From the sequence record OR258281.1: DNA of 64,000 bases; one strand, given 5' to 3'. A model generated the notes under the pieces. The model was not told the DNA's origin. It did no database searches and was given only the letters and a program-made list of their open reading frames with translations. Position 1 is the stretch's first letter. Each line of letters starts with the position of its first letter. This document shows positions 27,898-37,633 of this stretch, piece by piece. The translations under genes were made by a program, and so were the position numbers.

Positions 27898-29646
27898 ATG
27901 AGTAGTTGGAAACGACATATGACTATGAGCCGTTCCAAAATCACCACAAATAAAAAAGGTGACAAGGAAGACGTATTCGGAACGGGTAGTAGTAAAAATT
28001 ATTCATCATACCTTCCTGCTGTTTATACAGGTCTTTCAAATCGTACTGACCGTTATCGTCAGTACGATCAAATGGATCAAGATCCAGAAATTAGTACAGC
28101 ACTAGATATTCTAACTGATTTCTGTACACAAAACACAGAAGACTATGATATACCATTTCAATTAAAGTATAAAGATGACATGGGTGATACTGAAGTTATC
28201 ACACTGGAATCTATGCTTGATTCATGGTGTACTTTAAACGATATTAAAATACGGATTTATAATTTTTTCCGTTCTTATATTAAGTACGGAGATATTTTCT
28301 TTGTACGTGATCCAGAAACCTACGAGCTACTTTGGATAGACCCAGCTAACGTAGATAAAGTAACAGTTAATGAAAGTACTGGTAAAATTCCTGTAATTTA
28401 TTATATGCGTGATATCTCTTTAAACGTAAGAGACAAAGTACTGAGTAACGTTAACGTTGGAATGGATCGTGGTTTATATGCAGGACAAGTACCCAACAGT
28501 ATGAGTGGTGGTGGAATGCAGTATGGTTCAATGGGCGGTGGTGGTTCATCTCCTAGTGCTGATACTTCTAATCCATATAGCACTTCTGGTCAGCTAGATG
28601 TTATTCCAGTAGCAGCAGAACACGTAGTACATATTTCACTAAACCCCGGAACAGATGCATTCTGGCCTTTTGGAACTAGTATTTTAGAAACCGTGTTCAA
28701 AACATATAAACAGAAAGAATTACTTGAAGATAGTATTATTATCTATCGTGTACAACGTGCACCAGAACGCCGTGTGTTTAAGATTGATGTTGGTGATATG
28801 CCAGCACACCAAGCACTATCATATGTTGAACGTATGAAAAATGAAATCCATCAACGCCGTATTCCATCTAATAAAGGTGGTAGTACTTCATTAATGGATG
28901 CAGCTTACAACCCATTAAGTATGTTAGAAGATTATTTCTTCCCACAGACTGCTGATGGTCGTGGCTCCAGTGTAGAAACATTACCGGGTGGTGAAAACTT
29001 AGGACAGATTGATGACTTACGTTGGTTTAATAATAAACTAATTCGTGGATTAAAAATCCCAAGTTCATATCTTCCATTTGGTCCAGAAGATGGTGGTACT
29101 TTATTTGGTGATGGTGGAGTAGGCAAAGCACTTATTCAGGAACATCGCTTTAATAAAGCATGTATGCGTTGGCAGACACTATTCTCTAAAGTAATTGACC
29201 AAGAGTTTAAACGTTATTTGATTGCAAATGGTTTAAATATTCCAGCAGAATCTTTTGAAGTGAACTTTATCCAGCCTATGAACTTTGCAGCTTATCGTAA
29301 AGCAGAATATGACCAGACTATGATTAGTACCTATGCAGCACTAAACGAATTACCGTATGTTGCTAAACAAACCATTCTTAAACGTATGGGATGGACACAG
29401 GAAGAAATCGTAGAGAACGAACGTTTACTACTTCAAGAGAATCCGAAACGTGCCAATAAAAACTCTGGCGGTGCAGATGATCAAGCAGGTTTACAATCTG
29501 TAGGAATTTCCGCTCCGAATGAACCTGATATGGATTTAGGTGCAAACCCTGAAGATACCGAAGGATTAGGTGCTTCTGAAGGTGGTGCCTCTCCAATTCC
29601 AGGTGGTGCAGGTTTAGACCCTAATTCAGTTGGAGGCTCTTTCTAA
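27898..29646 (+). CDS. gp20: Portal protein (T4 gp20-like), 582 aa
   Basis: LLEDSIIIYRVQRAPERRVFKIDVG, NPLSMLEDYFFP...GRGSSVETLPGGENLGQIDD..WF..KL..GLKIPSSYL. Confidence 0.96.
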   Translation: MSSWKRHMTMSRSKITTNKKGDKEDVFGTGSSKNYSSYLPAVYTGLSNRTDRYRQYDQMDQDPEISTALDILTDFCTQNTEDYDIPFQLKYKDDMGDTEVITLESMLDSWCTLNDIKIRIYNFFRSYIKYGDIFFVRDPETYELLWIDPANVDKVTVNESTGKIPVIYYMRDISLNVRDKVLSNVNVGMDRGLYAGQVPNSMSGGGMQYGSMGGGGSSPSADTSNPYSTSGQLDVIPVAAEHVVHISLNPGTDAFWPFGTSILETVFKTYKQKELLEDSIIIYRVQRAPERRVFKIDVGDMPAHQALSYVERMKNEIHQRRIPSNKGGSTSLMDAAYNPLSMLEDYFFPQTADGRGSSVETLPGGENLGQIDDLRWFNNKLIRGLKIPSSYLPFGPEDGGTLFGDGGVGKALIQEHRFNKACMRWQTLFSKVIDQEFKRYLIANGLNIPAESFEVNFIQPMNFAAYRKAEYDQTMISTYAALNELPYVAKQTILKRMGWTQEEIVENERLLLQENPKRANKNSGGADDQAGLQSVGISAPNEPDMDLGANPEDTEGLGASEGGASPIPGGAGLDPNSVGGSF

Positions 29647-29879
29647 TGTTAAAAAGTATTCTATTTGAAGCTACCGAAGATAGTTTATATGATCCTGAAG
29701 ATGATACTACTGCATATAAACTTGAAGATACTCGAAAGCCTAAATTAACTCTCAAAATCCTCAATAAATTGAGAATGTACCGAGAGTTCAAAAAGAATGA
29801 AATAAATATGCGTAATGAAGTAGTTGCGGCTGTATATGAACAGCCAGAACAACCAGCACAGCCTGGTATGGGAATGTAA
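29646..29879 (+). CDS. Small prohead core-associated protein (gp67/68 position), 77 aa
   Basis: Coupled to the portal stop; RKPKLTLKILNKLR; position in the head operon. Confidence 0.6.
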   Translation: MLKSILFEATEDSLYDPEDDTTAYKLEDTRKPKLTLKILNKLRMYREFKKNEINMRNEVVAAVYEQPEQPAQPGMGM

Positions 29880-29901
29880 CGAAATACTTTATTGAATATA
29901 C

Positions 29902-29930
29902 CAGAAAACGCACTTTTGGGGCGTTTTCTG
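29902..29930. terminator. Perfect 10-bp hairpin upstream of a late promoter
   Basis: cagaaaacgc-acttttggg-gcgttttctg; weak U-tract, so function is uncertain. Confidence 0.5.
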
Positions 29931-29950
29931 ATTTAGCTGTTATTGGTTAC

Positions 29951-29958
29951 TATAAATA
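29951..29958 (+). promoter_or_regulatory. Late promoter TATAAATA
   Basis: Perfect consensus upstream of ATG 30000 (GGAGG SD). Confidence 0.85.
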
Positions 29959-29999
29959 ATCACATACAAACTATTCTTATATCTTAATGGAGGATATAA

Positions 30000-30851
30000 A
30001 TGTCCAAGAAAATGCAAAAAGCCCTACTAGCTTTCATTAATGAAGATGTAGACCAGGCTAAGAAACTATTACGTCAGGTTTTTGTTGAATCTGCTCAGAA
30101 AGTCAATAAAGAACTTGAAGAACAATATGAAGCTGAACAGCCTGAAGAAGATCTATCTGAAGATGTTGAACAGAATCCTGAATCCGATCTAGAAGGTGAA
30201 GTTGAATACAAACTAGAAGAAGGTTTCGGTGAATGGGATGACAAACCAGAACAAGCAGGTCAAGAACAACCTATGCAAGAAGCTGACGAACCTGATTTTG
30301 GTGGTGAAGCTGATGAAGGTACTGATGACTTTGCAGGCGACGAATCTGTATCTGATGCTGTTTCAGAACCAGTAGAAGTTGAAGGTGACGAATGGCAGAA
30401 AGTACTAGATCTAGTTGATGACCTAGCTGAAATTTTTGACAATATTCAGAACGGCGGCGATGCAGAAGTATCATTAGATGCTCCAGAAGAAGAAGGTTTC
30501 GGTGACGAAGGTTCTGAAGAAGGTGAATTTGATGGTGTTGCAATGGGCGATCAGAAATTCGGTGAATCTTACAAGATGAAACCAGTATCTGTACCTGCAC
30601 AAACTGCTGAGAAGTCTAAATCACCAGTTGCTGCTAATGCACAGTCTCCAGTTAAAGGCGTACAGCCAGTTCGTATTAAAGACGGTCATGTAGAAGTATC
30701 TGACAGTGCTTTCAAGAACTCTGATACCGAATCAGCTAAAACTGAAGATCATAACAATGTTATGGACTCAGCTAAAGGCATGATGAAGGATGTTAAAGTT
30801 CCTAAGCATACTGCTGAAAAATCTAAATCCCCACTACCTAAACAGAAGTAA
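30000..30851 (+). CDS. Acidic prohead core/scaffolding protein, 283 aa
   Basis: Highly Glu/Asp-rich with many E-G/E-A type sites (T4 gp21-like cleavage sites); lies between the portal and the protease. Confidence 0.65.
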   Translation: MSKKMQKALLAFINEDVDQAKKLLRQVFVESAQKVNKELEEQYEAEQPEEDLSEDVEQNPESDLEGEVEYKLEEGFGEWDDKPEQAGQEQPMQEADEPDFGGEADEGTDDFAGDESVSDAVSEPVEVEGDEWQKVLDLVDDLAEIFDNIQNGGDAEVSLDAPEEEGFGDEGSEEGEFDGVAMGDQKFGESYKMKPVSVPAQTAEKSKSPVAANAQSPVKGVQPVRIKDGHVEVSDSAFKNSDTESAKTEDHNNVMDSAKGMMKDVKVPKHTAEKSKSPLPKQK

Positions 30852-30867
30852 TTAAAAGGAGACCATC

Positions 30868-31497
30868 ATGAGTTCAATGCTAAGAGAATGGTCTTCGTTC
30901 AAAGATTCTAATATGGTTGTTGAATATAAAGACAACTCATTAACTGGTTCAAAGGATTGCTACCTTAAAGGTATTATGATTCAGGCTGACACTCGTAATT
31001 TAAATGAACGTGTTTATCCACTTCATGAAATTCAAAGTGCAGTACTAAGAATGAAAGAAAAGCTGGCTCAGGGAAAGAGTATTCTTTGTGAATGTGATCA
31101 CCCTGAGACACTTACTATCAATCTTGACCGCGTAGCCGGAATGATTACCGATGTATGGATGGAAGGAAATAACGGTTACGGTGTAATCAAACTTTTCCCT
31201 AACTCTATGGGTTCAAATCTACGTATTATGCTAGAAAGCGGAGCTAAACTTGGTGTTAGTTCTCGTGGTACTGGTAACGTAGACCACAATGGTATTGTTT
31301 CAGAATTTGAAATTGTTACCGTTGACATTGTAGCAGAACCAAGTGCACCAGATGCATATCCAGAAGTAGTATTTGAATCTCTATATAAGCCCGCTGGTCA
31401 TATTATTGGTGAAAGTAATTCACCTAAAAGTTCACCTGTAACCTCTAAAAAAACTAACGAACAAATTTTGCAGTTTTTTAAGGATTTAAAAGGTTAA
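30868..31497 (+). CDS. gp21: Prohead protease (T4 gp21-like), 209 aa
   Basis: NLNERVYP, ECDHP, LGVSSRG, VDIVAEPSAPDA. Confidence 0.95.
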   Translation: MSSMLREWSSFKDSNMVVEYKDNSLTGSKDCYLKGIMIQADTRNLNERVYPLHEIQSAVLRMKEKLAQGKSILCECDHPETLTINLDRVAGMITDVWMEGNNGYGVIKLFPNSMGSNLRIMLESGAKLGVSSRGTGNVDHNGIVSEFEIVTVDIVAEPSAPDAYPEVVFESLYKPAGHIIGESNSPKSSPVTSKKTNEQILQFFKDLKG

Positions 31498-31508
31498 TTT
31501 AATTTTAT

Positions 31509-31516
31509 TATAAATA
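31509..31516 (+). promoter_or_regulatory. Late promoter TATAAATA
   Basis: Perfect consensus upstream of ATG 31568 (AAGGAG SD). Confidence 0.85.
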
Positions 31517-31567
31517 TCTGTACACAATGTGCTGATATACAATCCAGTACTTATAAGGAGATAACGA

Positions 31568-32677
31568 ATGTCTAAATTGGATAAGTTTCTAAAAGAATCT
31601 AACCTTCCTGAAGATGGTAAAAAACTAATTCAGGAAGCCTGGGATGAAGAAAAGAAAGCAATTGCTGCTGAAATTAGAACTGAAATGAAAGATCGTTATC
31701 AGGGTGACTTGAACAAACTTACCGAAGGTCTAAACGCATTAATTCAGGAAGTAATTTCTGAAGAAATGACTTCAGTTTACGATGAAAAACGTAAACTTGC
31801 AGAAGACCGCGTAAAAATTCGTTCCTCACTTGGTAACTTCTCTAATTTCGCTAACTCAGTACTTGCTGAAGAAGTGCAACAGATGCGTACTGAACGTAAT
31901 GAACTAAACGAATCTCTACAGAAATTTGTTTCTTTCTCAAACAACGTTCTCGCTGAAGAACTAAAAGAATTCCACGTTGAAAAACGTCAATTAGTAGAAC
32001 AACGTGTAAAACTAATCTCGGAAGGTAAACGTAAAATTGATGAAGCTCAACAGAACTTCGTTAAACGTGCATCTGATACCGCTGCTAAATTCATTGAAGA
32101 AAGTGTGCGTTCAGAAATGTCTAACCTACGTGGTGAACTACACGAAGCTAAAAAGAACATGTTCGGTCGTAAAATTTACGAAGCGTTTGCTGGTGAGTTT
32201 AAAGTTAACCAGTTCAATGAGAACTCAATTCTTCGTGCTCTTAATGAGTCTATCAAGACTAAAGAAGATGAAGTATTTGCAATGAAACTTGAACTACAGG
32301 AATCAAAACAAGCTGCTGCTAAAGCTGAACAAAAAATTCGTATTATGGAAGATGCAAAGACACGCAATAGCGTAATCTCTGAACTAACTAAACCACTAAA
32401 CACGAATCAGAAGCAAATTATGGAATCCCTTCTAGAAAGTACCCCAACTACTAATCTAAAAGAAGATTTCAACAAGTACATTAAATCTGTACTTAAAGAA
32501 TCTGCTGTACGTACCCCTAGCCGCCCAGCAGTTAATAATCAGGCTAAGACTACTCTATCTGAATCCAAAGAAGTAACTGGAAACCGTAAGGGTAATTTAA
32601 TTGCAGAAAGCGAAATGACCGATGAAGAAAAAGCTCTACTCGAAATGCTTGCTTCTCGTGCTGGTATCAGAAAGTAA
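31568..32677 (+). CDS. gp22: Prohead scaffold protein (T4 gp22-like), 369 aa
   Basis: Long coiled coil, GRKIYEAFAGEF; between the protease and the major capsid protein. Confidence 0.85.
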   Translation: MSKLDKFLKESNLPEDGKKLIQEAWDEEKKAIAAEIRTEMKDRYQGDLNKLTEGLNALIQEVISEEMTSVYDEKRKLAEDRVKIRSSLGNFSNFANSVLAEEVQQMRTERNELNESLQKFVSFSNNVLAEELKEFHVEKRQLVEQRVKLISEGKRKIDEAQQNFVKRASDTAAKFIEESVRSEMSNLRGELHEAKKNMFGRKIYEAFAGEFKVNQFNENSILRALNESIKTKEDEVFAMKLELQESKQAAAKAEQKIRIMEDAKTRNSVISELTKPLNTNQKQIMESLLESTPTTNLKEDFNKYIKSVLKESAVRTPSRPAVNNQAKTTLSESKEVTGNRKGNLIAESEMTDEEKALLEMLASRAGIRK

Positions 32678-32722
32678 AAACCAGTAAAAATTTCGTATTA
32701 TTAAATGCTAATATTATTGTGT

Positions 32723-32730
32723 GATAAATA
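32723..32730 (+). promoter_or_regulatory. Late promoter GATAAATA for the major capsid gene
   Basis: Upstream of ATG 32777 (AAGGAG SD). Confidence 0.75.
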
Positions 32731-32776
32731 ATATCATACAAAAAAGGAAAAATATCTTTTCAAGGAGATTACAATA

Positions 32777-33952
32777 ATGTCACAACTATTAACTGAATCA
32801 AAATGGGCTGCTATTAAGGGTACTCTTACTGAGGGTCTAAAAGGCAACCGTAAACTAGTAATGGAAACCGTACTAGATAACCAACGTAAAGTAATGCTAA
32901 ACGAAAGTGCTACCTCTGGTGCAACTTCTGCTGGTAACATTGCTACACTAAACAAAGTAATTCTACCAATTATCCGCCGTGTAATGCCTACCGTTATCGC
33001 TAACGAAATTATCGGTGTTCAGCCTATGACTGGTCCAGTTGGTCAGATTCATACTCTACGTGTACAGTATGCTGACAACGCTCCAGGTGTACAAGCTGGT
33101 GAAGAAGCACTATCTCCTTATAACATTGCAAAATCTTATACTGGTGAAACTTCTTCTGATAACAGTAACCCACAAGCTGCACCTACTTCACAACTTGAAG
33201 GTGTTATGGGTCGTCGTGTAAACGTTCGTATTCTACGTGAAACCGTTGAAGCAAAATCACGTCGTCTATCTGCTCGTTGGACTGTTGAATCTGCTCAAGA
33301 TGCTCAAGCACAGCACGGTATTGATATTGAAGCTGAACTAATGGCTGCTATCGCAACTGAAATTACTACTGAGATTGACCAGGAACTACTATTCAAACTT
33401 CGTTCTATTCCAGGTGCTGCTGCTGTAACTTATGATCAGTCTAAAGTTACTGGTGTTGCTACTTTCGTTGGTGATGAACATGCTGCTCTAGCAGTACTAA
33501 TCAACAACCAAGCAAACAAAATTGCACAGCGTACCAAACGTGGTGCTGCGAACTGGGCTGTTGTTTCTAACACTGCTCTAACTATTCTTCAGTCTGCTGG
33601 TACTTCAAGTTTTGCTCGTACTACTGAAGGTACTTTCGAAGCTCCTACTAACGTGAAATTTGTTGGTACTCTAAACAGTACTATGAAGATCTACGTTGAT
33701 ACCTATGCTGATGACAGCACTGACCTATTACTAGGTTATAAAGGTTCACGTGAGACTGATGCTGGTGCATTCTACTGCCCGTACATCCCACTAATGAACT
33801 CTGGTACTGTAATGGACCCGAACACTGGTGAACTAGTTTCTAGCTTCCTAACTCGTTATGGTTTCGTTGCTCTAACTGATAGTACTTCATCTCTTGGTAA
33901 CGCTGCTGATTACTACAGCAAAATCGCTATCAAAAACGTTAGCTTCATGTAA
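32777..33952 (+). CDS. gp23: Major capsid protein (T4 gp23-like), 391 aa
   Basis: IIRRVMPTVIANEIIGVQPMTGPVGQIHTLR, AKSRRLSARWTVE..QD..A.HGIDIEAEL, GAFYCPYIPL, FLTRYG. Confidence 0.97.
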   Translation: MSQLLTESKWAAIKGTLTEGLKGNRKLVMETVLDNQRKVMLNESATSGATSAGNIATLNKVILPIIRRVMPTVIANEIIGVQPMTGPVGQIHTLRVQYADNAPGVQAGEEALSPYNIAKSYTGETSSDNSNPQAAPTSQLEGVMGRRVNVRILRETVEAKSRRLSARWTVESAQDAQAQHGIDIEAELMAAIATEITTEIDQELLFKLRSIPGAAAVTYDQSKVTGVATFVGDEHAALAVLINNQANKIAQRTKRGAANWAVVSNTALTILQSAGTSSFARTTEGTFEAPTNVKFVGTLNSTMKIYVDTYADDSTDLLLGYKGSRETDAGAFYCPYIPLMNSGTVMDPNTGELVSSFLTRYGFVALTDSTSSLGNAADYYSKIAIKNVSFM

Positions 33953-33974
33953 TTATACAAAAAGTTTAACTTTT

Positions 33975-34002
33975 AAAAAGGACTCTTCGGAGTCCTTTTT
34001 TT
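33975..34002 (+). terminator. UUCG-loop intrinsic terminator after the major capsid gene
   Basis: aggactc-ttcg-gagtcct-ttttttt. Confidence 0.95.
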
Positions 34003-34073
34003 ATTGCCAAAGAAAAGCAAAATAGGTACATTAAACGATTGTCTAAATATTTTTATTGAACAAAAAATAATCT

Positions 34074-34102
34074 TGAAACGCTCGCACAGTATGTCCTATA
34101 CT
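34074..34102 (+). promoter_or_regulatory. Early/middle promoter TGAAAC-N17-TATACT
   Basis: tgaaac gctcgcacagtatgtcc tatact. Confidence 0.85.
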
Positions 34103-34140
34103 ACTGCTGTAGAGGGCAAAGTTTAAGCAGGGAGACGCTT

Positions 34141-34533
34141 GTGATTAAAGTCAAAGATGACGATTATGTTGTTGCCTTCAAGGTACTTGATGATATATGG
34201 GTAAAATCATATTTTAGTGATATGGAATGTAGAATTGATTATGGTGATACCGTAGCAGTTCTTGAAGAAAAACTATGTATTTGTTTAGGACGTGATATAT
34301 ATAGAATCACGTGGGACAAGTATATGCAATTAGTAGATAAGGTTGAAGTACTAGAAGTTAAGTACAAAGATTATCTCCAAATGCATAGAGACAGTGTAAT
34401 CAGAAAAAACCCTGATGCTCCTGTTATATTACAAATTGATGAAAGAAGTGGTCAGAGTTCTGACAGTACTTCATATTCTCCTAAAAGTGTCATAAACATT
34501 GGGAAATCCGAAATACGGATTCAAAGATATTAA
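34141..34533 (+). CDS. Hypothetical protein, 130 aa
   Basis: GTG start behind GGGAG, downstream of a promoter. Confidence 0.75.
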   Translation: MIKVKDDDYVVAFKVLDDIWVKSYFSDMECRIDYGDTVAVLEEKLCICLGRDIYRITWDKYMQLVDKVEVLEVKYKDYLQMHRDSVIRKNPDAPVILQIDERSGQSSDSTSYSPKSVINIGKSEIRIQRY

Positions 34534-34841
34534 TGCCTAGAATAAACAATAATGAAAAGAACAGTGCAATGGAAGAGTACGCTGCGTTCTTCGCTGACAT
34601 TACTGATTCTTATCCTAATATACAACAATATCTACAGCATCATTTCGGTATCAATCGCGGCCAAATTAAAGTACTTGAAGATCCTTCCGGTGAAAGTGTG
34701 TACTTAGTTTTTCGTCAAGATACTTTCTGGTTATTTGAAATTGAAGAGTTCACTAATTATTATTTCGGTCAAGATTTATATGAGCATCTTAGTGACCGTT
34801 TATCTTCAGCATACGACCGCATATCTAAGAAGTATTTTTAA
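34533..34841 (+). CDS. Hypothetical protein, 102 aa
   Basis: TAATG coupling to the previous ORF. Confidence 0.75.
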   Translation: MPRINNNEKNSAMEEYAAFFADITDSYPNIQQYLQHHFGINRGQIKVLEDPSGESVYLVFRQDTFWLFEIEEFTNYYFGQDLYEHLSDRLSSAYDRISKKYF

Positions 34842-34883
34842 AGGGACTAAATAACTCACCTCAGCATTCAAGGAAGAGTTATT

Positions 34884-35186
34884 ATGTCCCAAATTTGTTA
34901 TGTAATCACTAATGCAGCATACCCTGATTGGGTTAAAATTGGTTTTACTTCTAAGTCAGAAATGACTTCTAGACTTAGAGTATATCAAACAGGTTCACCA
35001 TTCCGAGACTATGAAGTATATCATGAAGTACTATTTGATGATGCAAAATTAGCGGAAAAAGAAGTACATAAACGTTTAAAGCAAATGGGAGCTACTAGTA
35101 AAAATGAGTGGTTCAAAATATCTAAACGTTTAGCCTCTAATATGATTGATGCAGTTTTTGATGATATAGATAATGGTTTATTATGA
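34884..35186 (+). CDS. T5orf172/GIY-YIG-like nuclease domain protein, 100 aa
   Basis: CYVI..A.YPDWVKIGFT...RL..YQTGSP..DY...A...EKEVH..L...KNEWF; ACTAAATA late-like promoter at 34847-34854. Confidence 0.85.
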   Translation: MSQICYVITNAAYPDWVKIGFTSKSEMTSRLRVYQTGSPFRDYEVYHEVLFDDAKLAEKEVHKRLKQMGATSKNEWFKISKRLASNMIDAVFDDIDNGLL

Positions 35187-35263
35187 AATTAGAAAAGACA
35201 CTTACTCTATGGGGTAAGATTAACAGGTTCTTTTCCAGTACCGCAAGTACTGGCCCACTATAA
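35183..35263 (+). CDS. Possible 26-aa peptide (MKLEKTLTLWGKINRFFSSTASTGPL)
   Basis: ATGA overlap with the upstream stop and exactly fills the gap to the next gene; weak SD. Confidence 0.35.
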   Translation: MKLEKTLTLWGKINRFFSSTASTGPL

Positions 35264-35273
35264 AGGTACTAAT

Positions 35274-35738
35274 ATGTCAATAGACTATAACCGCATTGCC
35301 CGTGCGATTGTCCATTTCAAAACCCATGGCTTCAAAAAAGAAGATGGACTTGATGTACATTCACTATACGAGAAAATGAAGATAGGTACTAGGCTGTATT
35401 CGGGGTTACATTCTAATGGTAAAGGAATTACTTTACATATTATGAAAGTAACCGACCTTACTGAAACTCAAAATATGTCAGAATCAGAATATAAGTACTT
35501 TGAAAATGATGTACACTATGATCTTATGGCTATGGTTCGTAGTACCAAAGTATTCTTTAATCACGAAAACGTACAGACTAATATCAATGAGATTGGTAAG
35601 TTCAAAATCGAATTAGTTGATAAGTTAACTAATAAAGTACTTGCTGAATTTGAGTACATCCGAAATACTAATTGCACTGAAGTACTTTATGGTAAGGTAT
35701 TAAGTGAACCAGAATTTGGCGTTTTGACACTTAAGTAA
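35274..35738 (+). CDS. Hypothetical protein, 154 aa
   Basis: ORF track; AAGGT SD. Confidence 0.75.
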   Translation: MSIDYNRIARAIVHFKTHGFKKEDGLDVHSLYEKMKIGTRLYSGLHSNGKGITLHIMKVTDLTETQNMSESEYKYFENDVHYDLMAMVRSTKVFFNHENVQTNINEIGKFKIELVDKLTNKVLAEFEYIRNTNCTEVLYGKVLSEPEFGVLTLK

Positions 35739-35756
35739 TTTACGTACCGTCCTCTT

Positions 35757-35764
35757 AATAAATA
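35757..35764 (+). promoter_or_regulatory. Late promoter AATAAATA for the tail fibre genes
   Basis: 31 nt upstream of ATG 35795 (AGAGG SD). Confidence 0.7.
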
Positions 35765-35794
35765 ATGTATAATTATACGTTAAGAGGACTTTGT

Positions 35795-37633
35795 ATGAGT
35801 TTAAGTATTAATCATCCACTTGGTAGAGTAAGTAGTACTACTGCTTTATCATTTGAGGTACAGGGCGGCAGTGCGACTGCACCTAAGAACATAAACTTGT
35901 CTGCTTCATCCGTCATAATGCCGAACGTTCAGCAACCAGTAGGTACATCTGGTGCAATGATATTCGATGCAAGTACTAAACGAATGAAGTACTATGATGG
36001 TACTCAATGGATTTCTTGGTTACCAAGTACTGAAATTACAGATCCTATTGAGACAGATTTAACAGACATTAGAAATAAATTAAACACTAAAATTGACTCA
36101 GTAATTTACAGCAGTTCTGCTGTTCCTACTGCCAGTATTAGTGGAACTACACTTTATATTAACTTCCCTACTGGTGGTGCTAGTTCTAATACCACTCCTG
36201 GATTATTCACATCTCTACCTACTGGTAGTATCAGTCATTATGCATTAGTTTCTGGTCAAACTCCAGCCAGTGTTCGTGAACAATTAGGTGGTTCAGTTGG
36301 TTCACAAAATGGCAGAGATGGTACTCAAGCTTCTCCGTTTATCACAAGTACTGGTTGGACTTTCGCTGATGGTTTATACTGGCAGTGGAATGGACCTAAT
36401 GGAACTGTGGTAACAAAAGTACCTAATCTAAATCAGAATGCTTATATGAAAGGTATGAGTACTTCAGGTATTACTAAATCAGATACTCCAATTGCAAGTT
36501 CTGGTAGCATTAGTGGAACTTCACTAACTATTTCACAATTACCTGCACATAACTTTACCGTAAGTGGAACTACTAGTTTTGGTGGTGGTCATATACATAA
36601 AACTACATGGAATCCGATGGGATGGAGTGGTACTTCCAATGTTAAAGATGGTCGTGGTGTAACTTCCGGTAGTGGTTCTTTAGATACTGAATATGCTGGT
36701 GATCACAGTCATACTTTTAGTGCAACTACTAATACCGTAGGTTCTGGCTTATCACATAGTCACGCATTACAAGATGTAGATGTTGCACACTTTAATGTTG
36801 CAGTACTTTGGAATATGGCAACACCATCTTTAGCATTAAACCAAGCAGCAGGTGATGCACGATACGTTCTAAAATCCGGTGACACTATGACCGGCTCACT
36901 TACTATTGCTAGTTCTGCTGTATTACGTGGTGATGACAGTAACCTTGTATTCTGGTTCCGAAATAGTGCAAATACCGAAAGAGCAGTAATATATCATAAT
37001 GGTAGTACATTACGTTTCCGTTCAAACGGTGGTAATGAAATGTCATTGAGTAATAGTGGACTATTAACTGCACCTCAGATTTCCACTCCCGGTACAGTAA
37101 CAGCTAGTCAGTTAACAAGTAATGGTAATGCAAATATTGCGGGTACTTTAAATGCTAACGTTCTTGCTGCAAACCAAGTAACAAGTAATGGTAATGCTAA
37201 TGTTGCAGGGACTACTACTTCTGGTTCGGTGGTTACTAACCAGCTTGTTAGTTATAATACTTTACAGGTAAATGGTTCAGCAACAACTGGTCCACTACAG
37301 GTAAACGGTACTGCAAATACTGGTACTCTAAATGTAAACGGCCAAATTACTGCTACTGGTGATATTTGGGCTTTCTCTGATGAAAGACTAAAAGAAAATA
37401 TCAAACCTATTGTTAATGCAAAAGAAACTCTTTCTCAGATTACTGGTATCATTGGTAATATGATTGAAGACGAAACTAAAACTGAAAAGTCAATGGTTAT
37501 TGCACAGCAGATCAAGGCGGTGTTCCCTCAAGCAGTTAGTACTGATGAAAATGGTTACTTAAAAGTTAACTACATTGCATTAATCCCACTATTAATTGCT
37601 GGATATAATGAGCTATTGAAAGGGGATAAGTAA
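35795..37633 (+). CDS. Tail fibre protein with collar/HxH needle region and C-terminal peptidase S74 intramolecular chaperone, about 612 aa
   Basis: LTISQLPAH, HIH/HSH/HSH motifs, GDTMTGSL, NG-x-N beta repeats, GDIWAF|SDERLKENI autocleavage motif; start refined to 35795. Confidence 0.88.
   Translation: MSLSINHPLGRVSSTTALSFEVQGGSATAPKNINLSASSVIMPNVQQPVGTSGAMIFDASTKRMKYYDGTQWISWLPSTEITDPIETDLTDIRNKLNTKIDSVIYSSSAVPTASISGTTLYINFPTGGASSNTTPGLFTSLPTGSISHYALVSGQTPASVREQLGGSVGSQNGRDGTQASPFITSTGWTFADGLYWQWNGPNGTVVTKVPNLNQNAYMKGMSTSGITKSDTPIASSGSISGTSLTISQLPAHNFTVSGTTSFGGGHIHKTTWNPMGWSGTSNVKDGRGVTSGSGSLDTEYAGDHSHTFSATTNTVGSGLSHSHALQDVDVAHFNVAVLWNMATPSLALNQAAGDARYVLKSGDTMTGSLTIASSAVLRGDDSNLVFWFRNSANTERAVIYHNGSTLRFRSNGGNEMSLSNSGLLTAPQISTPGTVTASQLTSNGNANIAGTLNANVLAANQVTSNGNANVAGTTTSGSVVTNQLVSYNTLQVNGSATTGPLQVNGTANTGTLNVNGQITATGDIWAFSDERLKENIKPIVNAKETLSQITGIIGNMIEDETKTEKSMVIAQQIKAVFPQAVSTDENGYLKVNYIALIPLLIAGYNELLKGDK

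Noticed and set aside
30000-30851. Internal repeats AEKSKSP (twice) and acidic runs in the core protein as a DNA repeat element
   Set aside because: Protein-level low complexity typical of prohead core proteins, not a separate DNA feature
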